Below are positions 1 through 8,032 of a DNA stretch of 24,626 bases, in pieces. The translations under genes were made by a program, and so were the position numbers. How positions within the stretch are numbered: the first letter of the stretch is position 1; every line of letters begins with the position of its first letter. A model generated the notes under the pieces. That model searched no databases, was not told the DNA's origin, and saw only the letters and a program-made list of their open reading frames with translations. This DNA is from Pseudomonadota bacterium (GTDB lineage: Bacteria > Bdellovibrionota_B > Oligoflexia > Oligoflexales > CAIYRB01): positions 1 through 24,626 of the forward strand of contig JANOTL010000042.1 of NCBI GenBank assembly GCA_031416315.1. The letters are read 5' to 3'.

Positions 1-54
1 GGCCCCCTCACATATTATCCCGGGGGGCTCCGTTTTTTTCTGCCTGGGGTTGTC

Positions 55-88
55 AAAAACGCGGGCGGCCCCCCGCGGGCCGCCCGCG
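55..88 (-). terminator. Rho-independent terminator downstream of the outer-membrane protein pair
   Basis: Perfect 12-bp GC stem (60-71 CGCGGGCGGCCC / 77-88 GGGCCGCCCGCG) with a 5-nt loop, followed on the minus strand by TTTTT (59-55); lies about 55 nt after the stop at 143. Confidence 0.75.
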
Positions 89-142
89 CCGAATTTCAGG
101 GGCGCGGTGTCCATGGCCCCGTCATATCAGATTCCGGGCGGA

Positions 143-862
143 TCAGAATAGGAACCCGAAGCCGCCGCCGATCTGGATGGTCGTAAATGAGCCGAAGGCG
201 GCAGAAAGCCGGGGCCCCAGGGTGAAACCGCCCCGCTTGTCCATGTCCCAGTTGGCGCCGCCGCCCAGAGCGAGCTGAAAGCCGCTCGTTTCGTGGTCCG
301 GATCGTCCGGGAGGCCGTCGGTCGCGTTCATGTGGACGATGGCCGGGCCGACCTCGGCCGTCCCTAAGGCGTTGAGGCTCTGGCTGATCTCATAGCTGAC
401 GCGCGTGCCGACGAAATGCGTTTCCCAGATACCCCGGTAGCTGCGCGTTTCGATCTCGCCGCTGACGGCGACCGGGGCATAGCGATACGTGGCGTATGCC
501 GTCATTTGCTTGTTCAACATCGCGACCTTGTAGCCGATCGTGAAGTCCGTCATGCCGCCGCCGGAGATGTCGGCCCCGCTCTTCTTCGCGATCACCCAGC
601 CGTAGCTCGTGCCGAAAAAGAGGTTCTTGTCGATGACCTTGCCCAGGTCCTCGTCGATGGCCTTGCCGAGGAAGTTCTTGTTGGCGGCCTTCTTGTCGCC
701 GGAGCTCTCGCTCGAAGACGAGTTGTCGGACCCGCCCGAGCTCGACTCCTCGCCGCTCTCCGCTTTGGTCTCGGGATTCTGCGTCGAAAGCTGCTCGAGC
801 CCTTTGGCCGAGGCCGAGGTCGTGAGGATTGCAAACGCCGCGACGAAAGTGATCCGCATCAT
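143..862 (-). CDS. Putative outer-membrane beta-barrel protein with Ser/Glu-rich N-terminal linker
   Basis: Signal peptide (MMRITFVAAFAILTTSASA), low-complexity linker, alternating Gly/aromatic beta-strand pattern, C-terminal Phe (GGGFGFLF) like a BAM beta-signal. Start 862 chosen for AAGGA spacing; 871 and 859 are alternatives. Confidence 0.6.
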   Translation of the reverse strand: MMRITFVAAFAILTTSASAKGLEQLSTQNPETKAESGEESSSGGSDNSSSSESSGDKKAANKNFLGKAIDEDLGKVIDKNLFFGTSYGWVIAKKSGADISGGGMTDFTIGYKVAMLNKQMTAYATYRYAPVAVSGEIETRSYRGIWETHFVGTRVSYEISQSLNALGTAEVGPAIVHMNATDGLPDDPDHETSGFQLALGGGANWDMDKRGGFTLGPRLSAAFGSFTTIQIGGGFGFLF

Positions 863-874
863 CGTGAGCATCCT

Positions 875-2047
875 TTAGATCAGCAGCTTGAGTTGCATAG
901 CGTAACGACGGTCGCGCAGGTTCTCGTCTTGGCCGGCGATGGTGCCGAGCTGCTCGGCGTAGGTCACCATGCGCAAGCTCAAGAGGAACACATCAAATTC
1001 GAAGCCGCCCGTCAGCTCGCCTTGGTGCAAGCCGGTCTGGACTTTGATGATGGTGCCGTAGCCCCATTCGGCGCCGACGTTGAATTTCTTCGAGTAATGC
1101 ACGGGCTGGTTGATCGCGTGCGCGTCGACGGACGCGCGGACGTATTGGCTGCCGGATTCCCAGGGCTTCAGGCTCACGCCGGTGTTCACCGAGGGAAGCC
1201 GCGCCTTCGGCGCTGCGAGCGCTTCGCCGTTGATGTCGAATTTCTTATACGGCGTGCCGCCGAAGTCCGTGATGCTGACGCCGAGCGTCGGCGACATCGT
1301 CTTGATCGGCGTGAAGAGGATGCCGCCGTCGACGCCGACGCCGACGCCACCTTCGATATAGTCGTCGAGCTTCGGCCCCGTGTCGGCAGAGGCCGCCGAT
1401 TCGGTGCCGGCGGCGTTCTCGCTCGCCTTGGCCTGGCTCGTGAACGCTTGGATGTCGTTGATCGAGAATTCGCGGTCGACGCCGCCCTTCATGGCGACCT
1501 TGAGGGAGCCGCCGAACGAGAGACGGTTCTCGAGGAAGCTGATCGCCATCGAGAACGGGACGAGAATGTCGGGACCGATCTTCACGTCGCCGGAGATGTC
1601 ACGGTGGAAAGCCAAGGTCGCCGACAGATCGATGCCGACCCCGAAGCCGAAACCCATGCCGGACGCCGTCGGGATGACGAGGTGCGGCGTCAGTCCGAGG
1701 GCGAAATGCTGGGGCTTGCCAGCGTAGCTCTCGAGCAGGTTCAAGACCGGCGTGACGTCGCTGCTGTTCGTATTGACCAGGTCGAGGATGTCGCTGGCGC
1801 CGCTGACCGTGTTGGCCGAGACTTCCAGCATCGGGTTGATTAGCTCACCGTCCCACTCCTTGAGGCGGGCGAGCCCGGCCGGGTTGTAGAACAGTGCATT
1901 GAAGTCGTCCGCCACGGCGACATAGGCATTGCCCATCGCCAGGGGACGAACGCCGAAGTGCGTCCAACGAAGCTCTCCGGCAGACGCCGCGGAGGCGTAG
2001 GTCGAGGCAGCAGCGGCAGCGAGGACCAGACCAGCAAAACGACCCAT
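875..2047 (-). CDS. Outer-membrane beta-barrel, FadL/TraF_2/PorV-like superfamily
   Basis: Signal peptide, then the motif GVRPLAMGNAYVAVADDFNALFYNPAGLA typical of FadL/TraF/PorV-like barrels; GGAGAGAGGG SD before ATG 2047. Confidence 0.7.
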   Translation of the reverse strand: MGRFAGLVLAAAAASTYASAASAGELRWTHFGVRPLAMGNAYVAVADDFNALFYNPAGLARLKEWDGELINPMLEVSANTVSGASDILDLVNTNSSDVTPVLNLLESYAGKPQHFALGLTPHLVIPTASGMGFGFGVGIDLSATLAFHRDISGDVKIGPDILVPFSMAISFLENRLSFGGSLKVAMKGGVDREFSINDIQAFTSQAKASENAAGTESAASADTGPKLDDYIEGGVGVGVDGGILFTPIKTMSPTLGVSITDFGGTPYKKFDINGEALAAPKARLPSVNTGVSLKPWESGSQYVRASVDAHAINQPVHYSKKFNVGAEWGYGTIIKVQTGLHQGELTGGFEFDVFLLSLRMVTYAEQLGTIAGQDENLRDRRYAMQLKLLI

Positions 2048-2186
2048 GATCCCTCTCTCCAGGGAAACATTGTGCAACGAAGCTTATTGGTAACTAATGC
2101 GCTACTTTAGCATATCTTCGCCAGCTCACCAAACCGGCCCCCGAATTCGGCTGCCGCGCTCTGAGCCGCGCCGCTAAGATGGCGAA

Positions 2187-2216
2187 TTGCCTTGAATTCC
2201 GAATCGATGCTACCAT
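2187..2216 (+). promoter_or_regulatory. Candidate sigma70-type promoter for the tetR operon
   Basis: TTGCCT (2187-2192), 18-nt spacer, extended -10 TG-C-TACCAT (2208-2216), 35 nt before the ATG. Confidence 0.35.
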
Positions 2217-2251
2217 TCTAAGGCTTGCCTACCGTCTCGGAGACGACCTCC

Positions 2252-2848
2252 ATGTCCAAAGCGGACGTTGCCGCTGAACGCAAAGATCAAATCGTCCGCG
2301 CGACGGTCGATTGCATCACGAAATATGGCTACCATAATTTTTCCATGCAGGACGTCGCCCGCACGGCCGGCGTGAGCAAAGGCATCATCCACTACTACTT
2401 CCTGAACAAGGATGAGTTGATGATGTCCGTCCTCGACAAGGTCGCAGGCGACATCGAGCGCGTGCTCCAGTCGGAGATGCAGTCGATCCCGGACGCGAAG
2501 CGCAAGCTCGAGGTTTTCATCGACGTCTGCTTCGACATCGTGCGGAGCACTAAGGAATATTACCAGGTCAACATGGATTTCTGGACGCAGATCAACCAGA
2601 AGGAAGAAGTCCGGAAGGTGATCGCGCGCCACTACGCGAAGTTCCGTGAGACCGCCGCGGTCGTGATCAAGGAAGGCATGGCCTCGGGCGTCTTCCGCCA
2701 AGTGGACCCCAAGGAGTACGGCTCCTACGTCGTCGCCGTCATCGACGGCCTGAGCCTCCAATGGCTTTTCGACGAGCACGCGTTCGACTACGACGCCATC
2801 ATCAAGAAGGCCGGTCGCCTCGTGACCGACGGACTTCTCAAGAAGTAA
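2252..2848 (+). CDS. TetR/AcrR family transcriptional regulator (BetI-like C-terminus)
   Basis: HTH signature RKDQIVRA...GYHNFSMQDVARTAGVSKGIIHYYFLNKDEL; C-terminal AVIDGLSLQWL; GGAGA SD before ATG 2252. Confidence 0.92.
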   Translation: MSKADVAAERKDQIVRATVDCITKYGYHNFSMQDVARTAGVSKGIIHYYFLNKDELMMSVLDKVAGDIERVLQSEMQSIPDAKRKLEVFIDVCFDIVRSTKEYYQVNMDFWTQINQKEEVRKVIARHYAKFRETAAVVIKEGMASGVFRQVDPKEYGSYVVAVIDGLSLQWLFDEHAFDYDAIIKKAGRLVTDGLLKK

Positions 2849-2869
2849 GCGTTTCCCACCAAGAGTCCC

Positions 2870-3994
2870 ATGGCACAAAGCTCACCCACACCCGTGCCGC
2901 CCTCTGAAGCCGACCGCATCCGGCGCCTCGTGCAGCAGTTGGACGGTGGCGCCGCGCTGAGCGCGGAGGCCCGCAACGACGCGCTCGAGACCTTCGAGCG
3001 CTACGAGTGTTGGGGGCCTTACCTTCGCCTGGTGAAAAAGGGCATCGACCACGCGGCCTCCCGGCAACTTGGCGACTACGTCCGCCTCGCGCGTGCGCAG
3101 AACCTCTACCTCGAAGACACCTTCGCGGCCGCCGAAACCTGCTCCCTCCTGGTCCAGCACCTTAAGATCGGCTTCGCCCGCTTCTGCGAGGAAGTCCTCC
3201 TGCGCGTGATCGAGCCCGAAGACTACGGCGCCGAGGCCGCCATCATGGGCGCCATCTGCGACAAGCTGCCGACGAAGGACGACCTCGTCGCCTGCCTGGA
3301 GCGTTTGGCGCTGCTCTACGAGAAAAAGACCCATAACGACGGCCAGCTTTCGAAGACCTACGAGCGCCTCCTCGCCGTCGACAAGCTGAACGTCAAGGCG
3401 CTGCGCTACTTCAAGCTCGCCTACACTCAGAACAACGAGTGGGAAGAAGTCGTCGAGGTCTTGAAGACCCTCCTAAAGGCGGTCCGTCGCCCGCAAGAGC
3501 TTTTCCGCGTCGCCCAAGAGTTCGCCGCGATCTATCTGTATCAGCTCGACCGCGCCGAGGACGCCATCAACGTCCTCGAGACTTATTGCGCCGACAGCCC
3601 GCTGGACACCTCGACCATCCTTTTCGACGCGCACCAGCGCCTGGCGAACTGGCAAGGCTGCCTCAAGGTGCTGCGCCAGTGCCTGCTCAGCGTCGACGAC
3701 GACTACAGCCGCGCCGTCTTGCATTTGAAGATCGCGAGCCTCCACGAGCAGCTCGCCGAGCTCGACGCCGCGCAAGACAACTTCGTGAAATCCGCCACGC
3801 TATGGCCGAACCTGCTCGACTCCGTGGAAGGCGTCATCAACGTCGCGCTCGCGAAGCGCGACTGGAAGACGATCCAGCACTGGCTCGACGTGCTCGCCGG
3901 CAAAGTCTCTGACGAAAGGCTCGGGGCCCAGCTCAAGCAGGTGCAAAAGCGCCTCAAAGACGGCCTCGATCATTCCCATGCCAAGCACGTCTGA
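2870..3994 (+). CDS. Tetratricopeptide-repeat-like protein
   Basis: All-helical with TPR-like units (YERLLAVDKLNVKALRYF; AVLHLKIASLHEQLAELDAAQDNFVKSATLWP); strong GC3 codon bias. Confidence 0.7.
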   Translation: MAQSSPTPVPPSEADRIRRLVQQLDGGAALSAEARNDALETFERYECWGPYLRLVKKGIDHAASRQLGDYVRLARAQNLYLEDTFAAAETCSLLVQHLKIGFARFCEEVLLRVIEPEDYGAEAAIMGAICDKLPTKDDLVACLERLALLYEKKTHNDGQLSKTYERLLAVDKLNVKALRYFKLAYTQNNEWEEVVEVLKTLLKAVRRPQELFRVAQEFAAIYLYQLDRAEDAINVLETYCADSPLDTSTILFDAHQRLANWQGCLKVLRQCLLSVDDDYSRAVLHLKIASLHEQLAELDAAQDNFVKSATLWPNLLDSVEGVINVALAKRDWKTIQHWLDVLAGKVSDERLGAQLKQVQKRLKDGLDHSHAKHV

Positions 3995-5027
3995 GATCAA
4001 AGACCTCCGCGACCCGACCCGCATCGTGTTGGCTCCAGATTGGTGCCTCACGCGTGGCCTTCGCGAGCTGCGTCCCAAGCGCTACGACGCCGCGAAAGCG
4101 GCGGTCGGCCTCGTGCGACCCTTGATCATCGGCAAGGGCCCGCGCGCCGAGCGCGTGAGCCTCTTCATGCCGGGCGCAGGCGGCGAGGCCGAGCGCGCGC
4201 TCGCGCTCCTTAACGACCTGGAGCGCGTCACCGTCGGCGCCGACCTCTTCCCGAACCTCATCGACTCGTTGTGCCGTGACGAGGAGCTACGCGTCGTCGC
4301 CGCGATCGGTGACGGCGGATCGCCCAACCTCGCGGCCTTCTCGGCCTTAGAGGGCTCCCTGCAATCGCTGACGCCTGGGCTCGAGCGCGGCGTCGTGACG
4401 AGCCTGGCCGCTCAAGTGAAGAGCTCGATGGCTGAGGGCTCGGGTCCCGTGCGTACCGCCGGCGACCGGCAGATCCTCGAGGAAAAGCCGGGCAAAGCCT
4501 TCGCCCTCGCCTTCGAGGATCTGACGCTCAAGCACCGCATGCGCGCCTTCGGCCAAGTCCTGCAGCGTCCCGCCAGCGCGCGCGGCATCGAGCCGATGGA
4601 CATCGTCGAGGGCTTCGGCCTCGGCGCCCTGCGCATCGCCGGGGACGACGCCCGGCTCACGGGGCCGCTGCGCGCGATGAATCTCGCGGTCACCACGTAT
4701 CGCTGCGCCGACCCCGCCATGGAGCTGCGCACGGTCGACGCAATTTGGAGCGCTGCCGCCGCGGCGTTGAAAGCATGGCAAGCGCCGACGCTCGAGAAGA
4801 TGCAGTCGATCTACTTGTCGGTGCCGAGCTACGCCGTCACCGGTTGTCTCACGCGCCGCTTGAACGAGCTTGCGCCGGGCGCGACGCAGGACGTGCGGTC
4901 TCCGGACCTGGTATTCGGCTGGGCGCCGCTCCTCACCTTGATCGAGCTCGTCGCCCGCGCACCGGCGCCGTCGCTCCTGATTTCGGCCGGTCGCTTCCCA
5001 TCCATCCACATCGTCGCGGTCTACTGA
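3978..5027 (+). CDS. Hypothetical protein, probable highly divergent thiolase fold (FadI/FadA-like) lacking catalytic motifs
   Basis: Overlaps upstream stop by 17 nt; colinear weak matches to thiolase segments (IVEGFGLGAL ~ ITDGAAAVLL; YRCADPAM ~ FAGVDPAIM; TLEKMQSIYLSVPSYA ~ TLDDIDLIEINEAFAA; LVFGWAP ~ IALGHP). The CDS is well supported; the fold call is by eye. Confidence 0.55.
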   Translation: MPSTSEIKDLRDPTRIVLAPDWCLTRGLRELRPKRYDAAKAAVGLVRPLIIGKGPRAERVSLFMPGAGGEAERALALLNDLERVTVGADLFPNLIDSLCRDEELRVVAAIGDGGSPNLAAFSALEGSLQSLTPGLERGVVTSLAAQVKSSMAEGSGPVRTAGDRQILEEKPGKAFALAFEDLTLKHRMRAFGQVLQRPASARGIEPMDIVEGFGLGALRIAGDDARLTGPLRAMNLAVTTYRCADPAMELRTVDAIWSAAAAALKAWQAPTLEKMQSIYLSVPSYAVTGCLTRRLNELAPGATQDVRSPDLVFGWAPLLTLIELVARAPAPSLLISAGRFPSIHIVAVY

Positions 5028-5037
5028 GGAGGCTCTG

Positions 5038-6996
5038 GTGAGTGAGCCAGGCATCGTCGTCGAGACCTCCAATCGCAGCTTGATCGTGCGCATCGTCCGC
5101 CCGACCTGTCTCTACGGCCCGAGCGCACAAGGCGTCCTCGCCACTTTGACCTCCGTCGCCGAGCGCTGCCACCAGCCGTCGCCGCCCGAAGACGGCGTCC
5201 TCGTCTTGCAGGAATCGCCGCAGAACGACGTCGACGATCCCGAGCTCCTGCGCTCGATGGAAAGCTGCCTCCTCGACGAGGCGGCGCGCGCCTTCGACGA
5301 CCTGCGCTGGGCGCTCCACCTCATTCGCAACGCGCCGGTGCCCTGGATCTACGCCGCCGCGTCCGACTCGCTCGGTAGCTCGTTCGAGCTCGCCCTTTCC
5401 TGCCGCAAGCGCCTCTGGTTCGCGCCCGAGGCCCGCCTCGGCTTTCCGGCGATCGCCGCGGGCTTCTTCCCGCCGGGCGGCGCCATCGAGGCCATCACGA
5501 AAAAGGCCGGAAAGACCCGCGACACCTGGCAGAACAAGCCGCTGCTGACCGCCGCCGAGGCCCGTGCCGAAGGCCTCGTCGACTTCTCGACCCGCGCCGC
5601 CGACTGGCGTGAGGCCGCGCGCTCAATGTTCGCCGTCCTGAACGAGGAGAGGGCGCAAGCCGGGGGCATCTCGCCGCAGCGCGCCCCCCGTATCGACTTC
5701 TCCACGCCGCGGGACGCCGAGGCCCGGCAAAACGCCTTCGAGAACCTCGAATTCGTCGCCAAGTGGCAAAAAGCGCACGCCGTGCAGCCGCGCACCGCGT
5801 GGGAGATCTGCTGGGAGCTGGTGAAAGAGCGGCAGAAGCTGAAAGATCCGCGCGATTTGGGCCGCCTCGTCGCCTACATCTGCGCGCGCCACGTCCTGGC
5901 GCCCGAGTTTCACGCCTGGACGGCGAGTCAACGCGCCTTTCGCTGCGCTCGTCGCTCGGCCTTCGTGAATGCGCGCCCCGTCGCACGTCTCGTCGTCGAC
6001 CTCGACTGCCTCGCGCCGCCGACCGAGGTTCTCGCGCGCATCATGCGCGCCTCGACGCAGATCGTCTTCATCTGCGGCGACGCGGAAGCCCTTGCGGTCG
6101 CGCTCAACCTCGTTTATTCGCGCCTCGAGCGCCATCTCGGCGCCGAGACCGCCTTCGCTTTCTGGGAGCGTCACGTCTCGTGGGCCTGCGCGCCCGCGGC
6201 CGCCGTCGGCGCGCCGCTCCTGCGTTTTACCGTCGACGATCGCGTGCAGATCGTCGACGGCGGCGAATCGCAGTGGTTCTTGCGGCTGGCCGGCAACGCC
6301 GGCGGCGCCGCCGCGGGCATCCTCGAATGGTCGATCGCTGACCGGAAAGCCGAGCTGCCTCCGCTAGTCCTCGCGGTCGCGCGCCTCGTCTCTGACGGCA
6401 TCATGCAGAGCCCCGCGAGCAAGGTGCCACGCTCCGTCCACATCCGCTCGCTCTTCCTCGAGGAAATGATCCGCGTCGCGCGCCACATGGACGGCGACCT
6501 CGCCGCCGCCGCCGACGCCCTCCACGCCAAAGGCTGGACTTTCGCCGGCAGCGACGAGGCCTGGGACCGCTTTCTCCACACCCGACGCGACACTTACCGC
6601 CTGCTCCCGGCTCTGGGCGGCGTCGGCGCGTCGGAGCTGGACCGCGTCAACTGGGAAATCGGCAGCTTCAAGCACGCGCGCGCCGTGGCGAAGAAGGGCG
6701 GCAGCGCCGGCAAGACGCGCTGGAATCCGACCGCGGTCAGCCAACATATGGCGCTATTCCTTGGACTCGTCGTCGACGTCGTCGCGGCGAGCGCCTCTGC
6801 TGCGGCAGGCGGAGGCGCCGGCACGGACCTGGGCGAAATCGACGCTTTTTGCGCGCTCGCGCTCGGGTTTCCGACCGAGCTCGGCTCGCCTCGCCACTTC
6901 TTGGAGCGCCGCGGTCTCCGGCGCGTCGAGTACGACGTCGCGCGTCACTGGCCGGCCTTCCCCATCCGTCATGCATGGAGCGAAAGCCGTGTCTAA
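5038..6996 (+). CDS. Divergent FadJ/FadB-like protein (crotonase domain plus degenerate 3-hydroxyacyl-CoA dehydrogenase domains)
   Basis: GAGGAGG SD before GTG; crotonase signature PVPWIYAAASDSLGSSFELALSCRKR...ARLGFPAIAAGFFPPGG and LLTAAEARAEGLVD; C-terminal EIDAFCALALGFPTELGSPRHFLERRG resembling the 3HCDH C-terminal motif. Confidence 0.75.
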   Translation: MSEPGIVVETSNRSLIVRIVRPTCLYGPSAQGVLATLTSVAERCHQPSPPEDGVLVLQESPQNDVDDPELLRSMESCLLDEAARAFDDLRWALHLIRNAPVPWIYAAASDSLGSSFELALSCRKRLWFAPEARLGFPAIAAGFFPPGGAIEAITKKAGKTRDTWQNKPLLTAAEARAEGLVDFSTRAADWREAARSMFAVLNEERAQAGGISPQRAPRIDFSTPRDAEARQNAFENLEFVAKWQKAHAVQPRTAWEICWELVKERQKLKDPRDLGRLVAYICARHVLAPEFHAWTASQRAFRCARRSAFVNARPVARLVVDLDCLAPPTEVLARIMRASTQIVFICGDAEALAVALNLVYSRLERHLGAETAFAFWERHVSWACAPAAAVGAPLLRFTVDDRVQIVDGGESQWFLRLAGNAGGAAAGILEWSIADRKAELPPLVLAVARLVSDGIMQSPASKVPRSVHIRSLFLEEMIRVARHMDGDLAAAADALHAKGWTFAGSDEAWDRFLHTRRDTYRLLPALGGVGASELDRVNWEIGSFKHARAVAKKGGSAGKTRWNPTAVSQHMALFLGLVVDVVAASASAAAGGGAGTDLGEIDAFCALALGFPTELGSPRHFLERRGLRRVEYDVARHWPAFPIRHAWSESRV

Positions 6997-7852
6997 CGTG
7001 GAAGACTTTCGAACGCAGCTCACGCGCCGCATCGCCGCGACCAAGACCGCGCTGTGCGTCGGCATCGATCCGCATGGAGAAAAGCTGCCTCCGGCCCTCG
7101 CGCGCCGCCTTCAGGACGATCCCGTCGCTTTCCTCGACGGCTTCAGCCGCGCCCACGTGAGCGCCGCCGCCGGTATCGCCCCGGCCGTGAAGTTTCAGTC
7201 CGCGTTTTTCGAAGCGTTCGGCGCCGAGGGCGTCGGAGCCCTCACCCGCGCCATCCGCGCCGCCCGTGATGCCGGTCTCTTCACCATCCTGGACGCCAAG
7301 CGTGGCGACATTTCGTCGACGATGCGCGCCTACGGCTCGATGGCTTTCGACGCGCTTGGCGTCGACGCGCTCACCGTCACGCCTTACATGGGCTTGGACA
7401 TTGTCGAGCCGCTTGTCCCTTGGCTCGCGAAGGGCCGCGGCATTTACGTTGTCTGGGTCAGCAGCAACGCCGGCGGCGCCTTAGTTCAGGACCGCGTTGC
7501 CGCCGTACTCCTCGACGCTTTGATCGCCGCGACGACCGAATGGAACGTGCGCGGGGGGCTCGGCCTCGTGCTCGGCGCGACGAAGATCGACGAGCTTCCG
7601 CCCGATGTCGCGAAGCGCGCTGCAACTCAGCCCCTACTCATCCCGGGCGTGGGGGCGCAGGGCGCGACCGTGAACTCGCGATTGAAGGCCTTGCTCGCGT
7701 CCTCACCGGCAAGCCTCGTCCCGCAATCGCGCAGCCTCAGCTTTCCGGGCGCCGCCGCCGCCGCGCTCGCCGCCGACTCTTTGACTTGGCGCGAATACGA
7801 AGACATCGTGCGCGGCGCCGTCGCGGGCGCCGCGGCGGCGCTCACGCCCTGA
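6989..7852 (+). CDS. pyrF: Orotidine-5'-phosphate decarboxylase (long, subfamily 2 type)
   Basis: LCVGIDP, KFQSAFFE, DAKRGDISST (DxKxxD), TVTPYMG, LIPGVGAQG motifs; GTG 6989 follows GGAG (6977-6980) and overlaps the upstream stop. Confidence 0.93.
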   Translation: MSNVEDFRTQLTRRIAATKTALCVGIDPHGEKLPPALARRLQDDPVAFLDGFSRAHVSAAAGIAPAVKFQSAFFEAFGAEGVGALTRAIRAARDAGLFTILDAKRGDISSTMRAYGSMAFDALGVDALTVTPYMGLDIVEPLVPWLAKGRGIYVVWVSSNAGGALVQDRVAAVLLDALIAATTEWNVRGGLGLVLGATKIDELPPDVAKRAATQPLLIPGVGAQGATVNSRLKALLASSPASLVPQSRSLSFPGAAAAALAADSLTWREYEDIVRGAVAGAAAALTP

Positions 7853-7969
7853 TTTCGCGTGTCATTTCTGCAACGCCACACACCTCGCTGTGGTGCGGGG
7901 GACACGCGCCGGGTCCTAGCTAATTCCTCTTATGTCATTGAATTCAGGGGCATCGATCCGTCGCGCCCC

Positions 7970-7985
7970 GGGCACACCGCTTGCT
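7970..7985 (+). promoter_or_regulatory. Sigma54 (-24/-12) promoter upstream of lpxC
   Basis: GGGCACACCGCTTGCT: GG (7971-72) and GC (7983-84) are separated by exactly 10 nt, matching TGGCAC-N5-TTGCW. Confidence 0.65.
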
Positions 7986-8032
7986 CAACCACACTTACGG
8001 ATGGGCAGTCGCGGAATCGCCTGGAGTCTACG

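Noticed and set aside
14..56. Minus-strand TTGACA (56-51) and GATAAT (19-14) as a promoter
   Set aside because: The spacer is about 31 nt, far from 17; the downstream gene is outside the window.
416..1843. 475-aa plus-strand ORF and similar long antisense ORFs (8093-8983, 16030-17343, 12028-12900, 20030-20842)
   Set aside because: They mirror well-supported genes on the other strand; stop codons are rare in such frames at high GC.
2084..2109. TAAA...ACCAATAA as a sigma28 promoter for the barrel operon
   Set aside because: Spacing is 14 rather than 15 nt and the key CGAT core is broken.
6761..6988. N-terminal extension of PyrF in the ORF track (likewise LpxC 7859-8032 and TPR 9980-10396)
   Set aside because: The extensions overlap neighbouring genes or promoters; better starts lie downstream.
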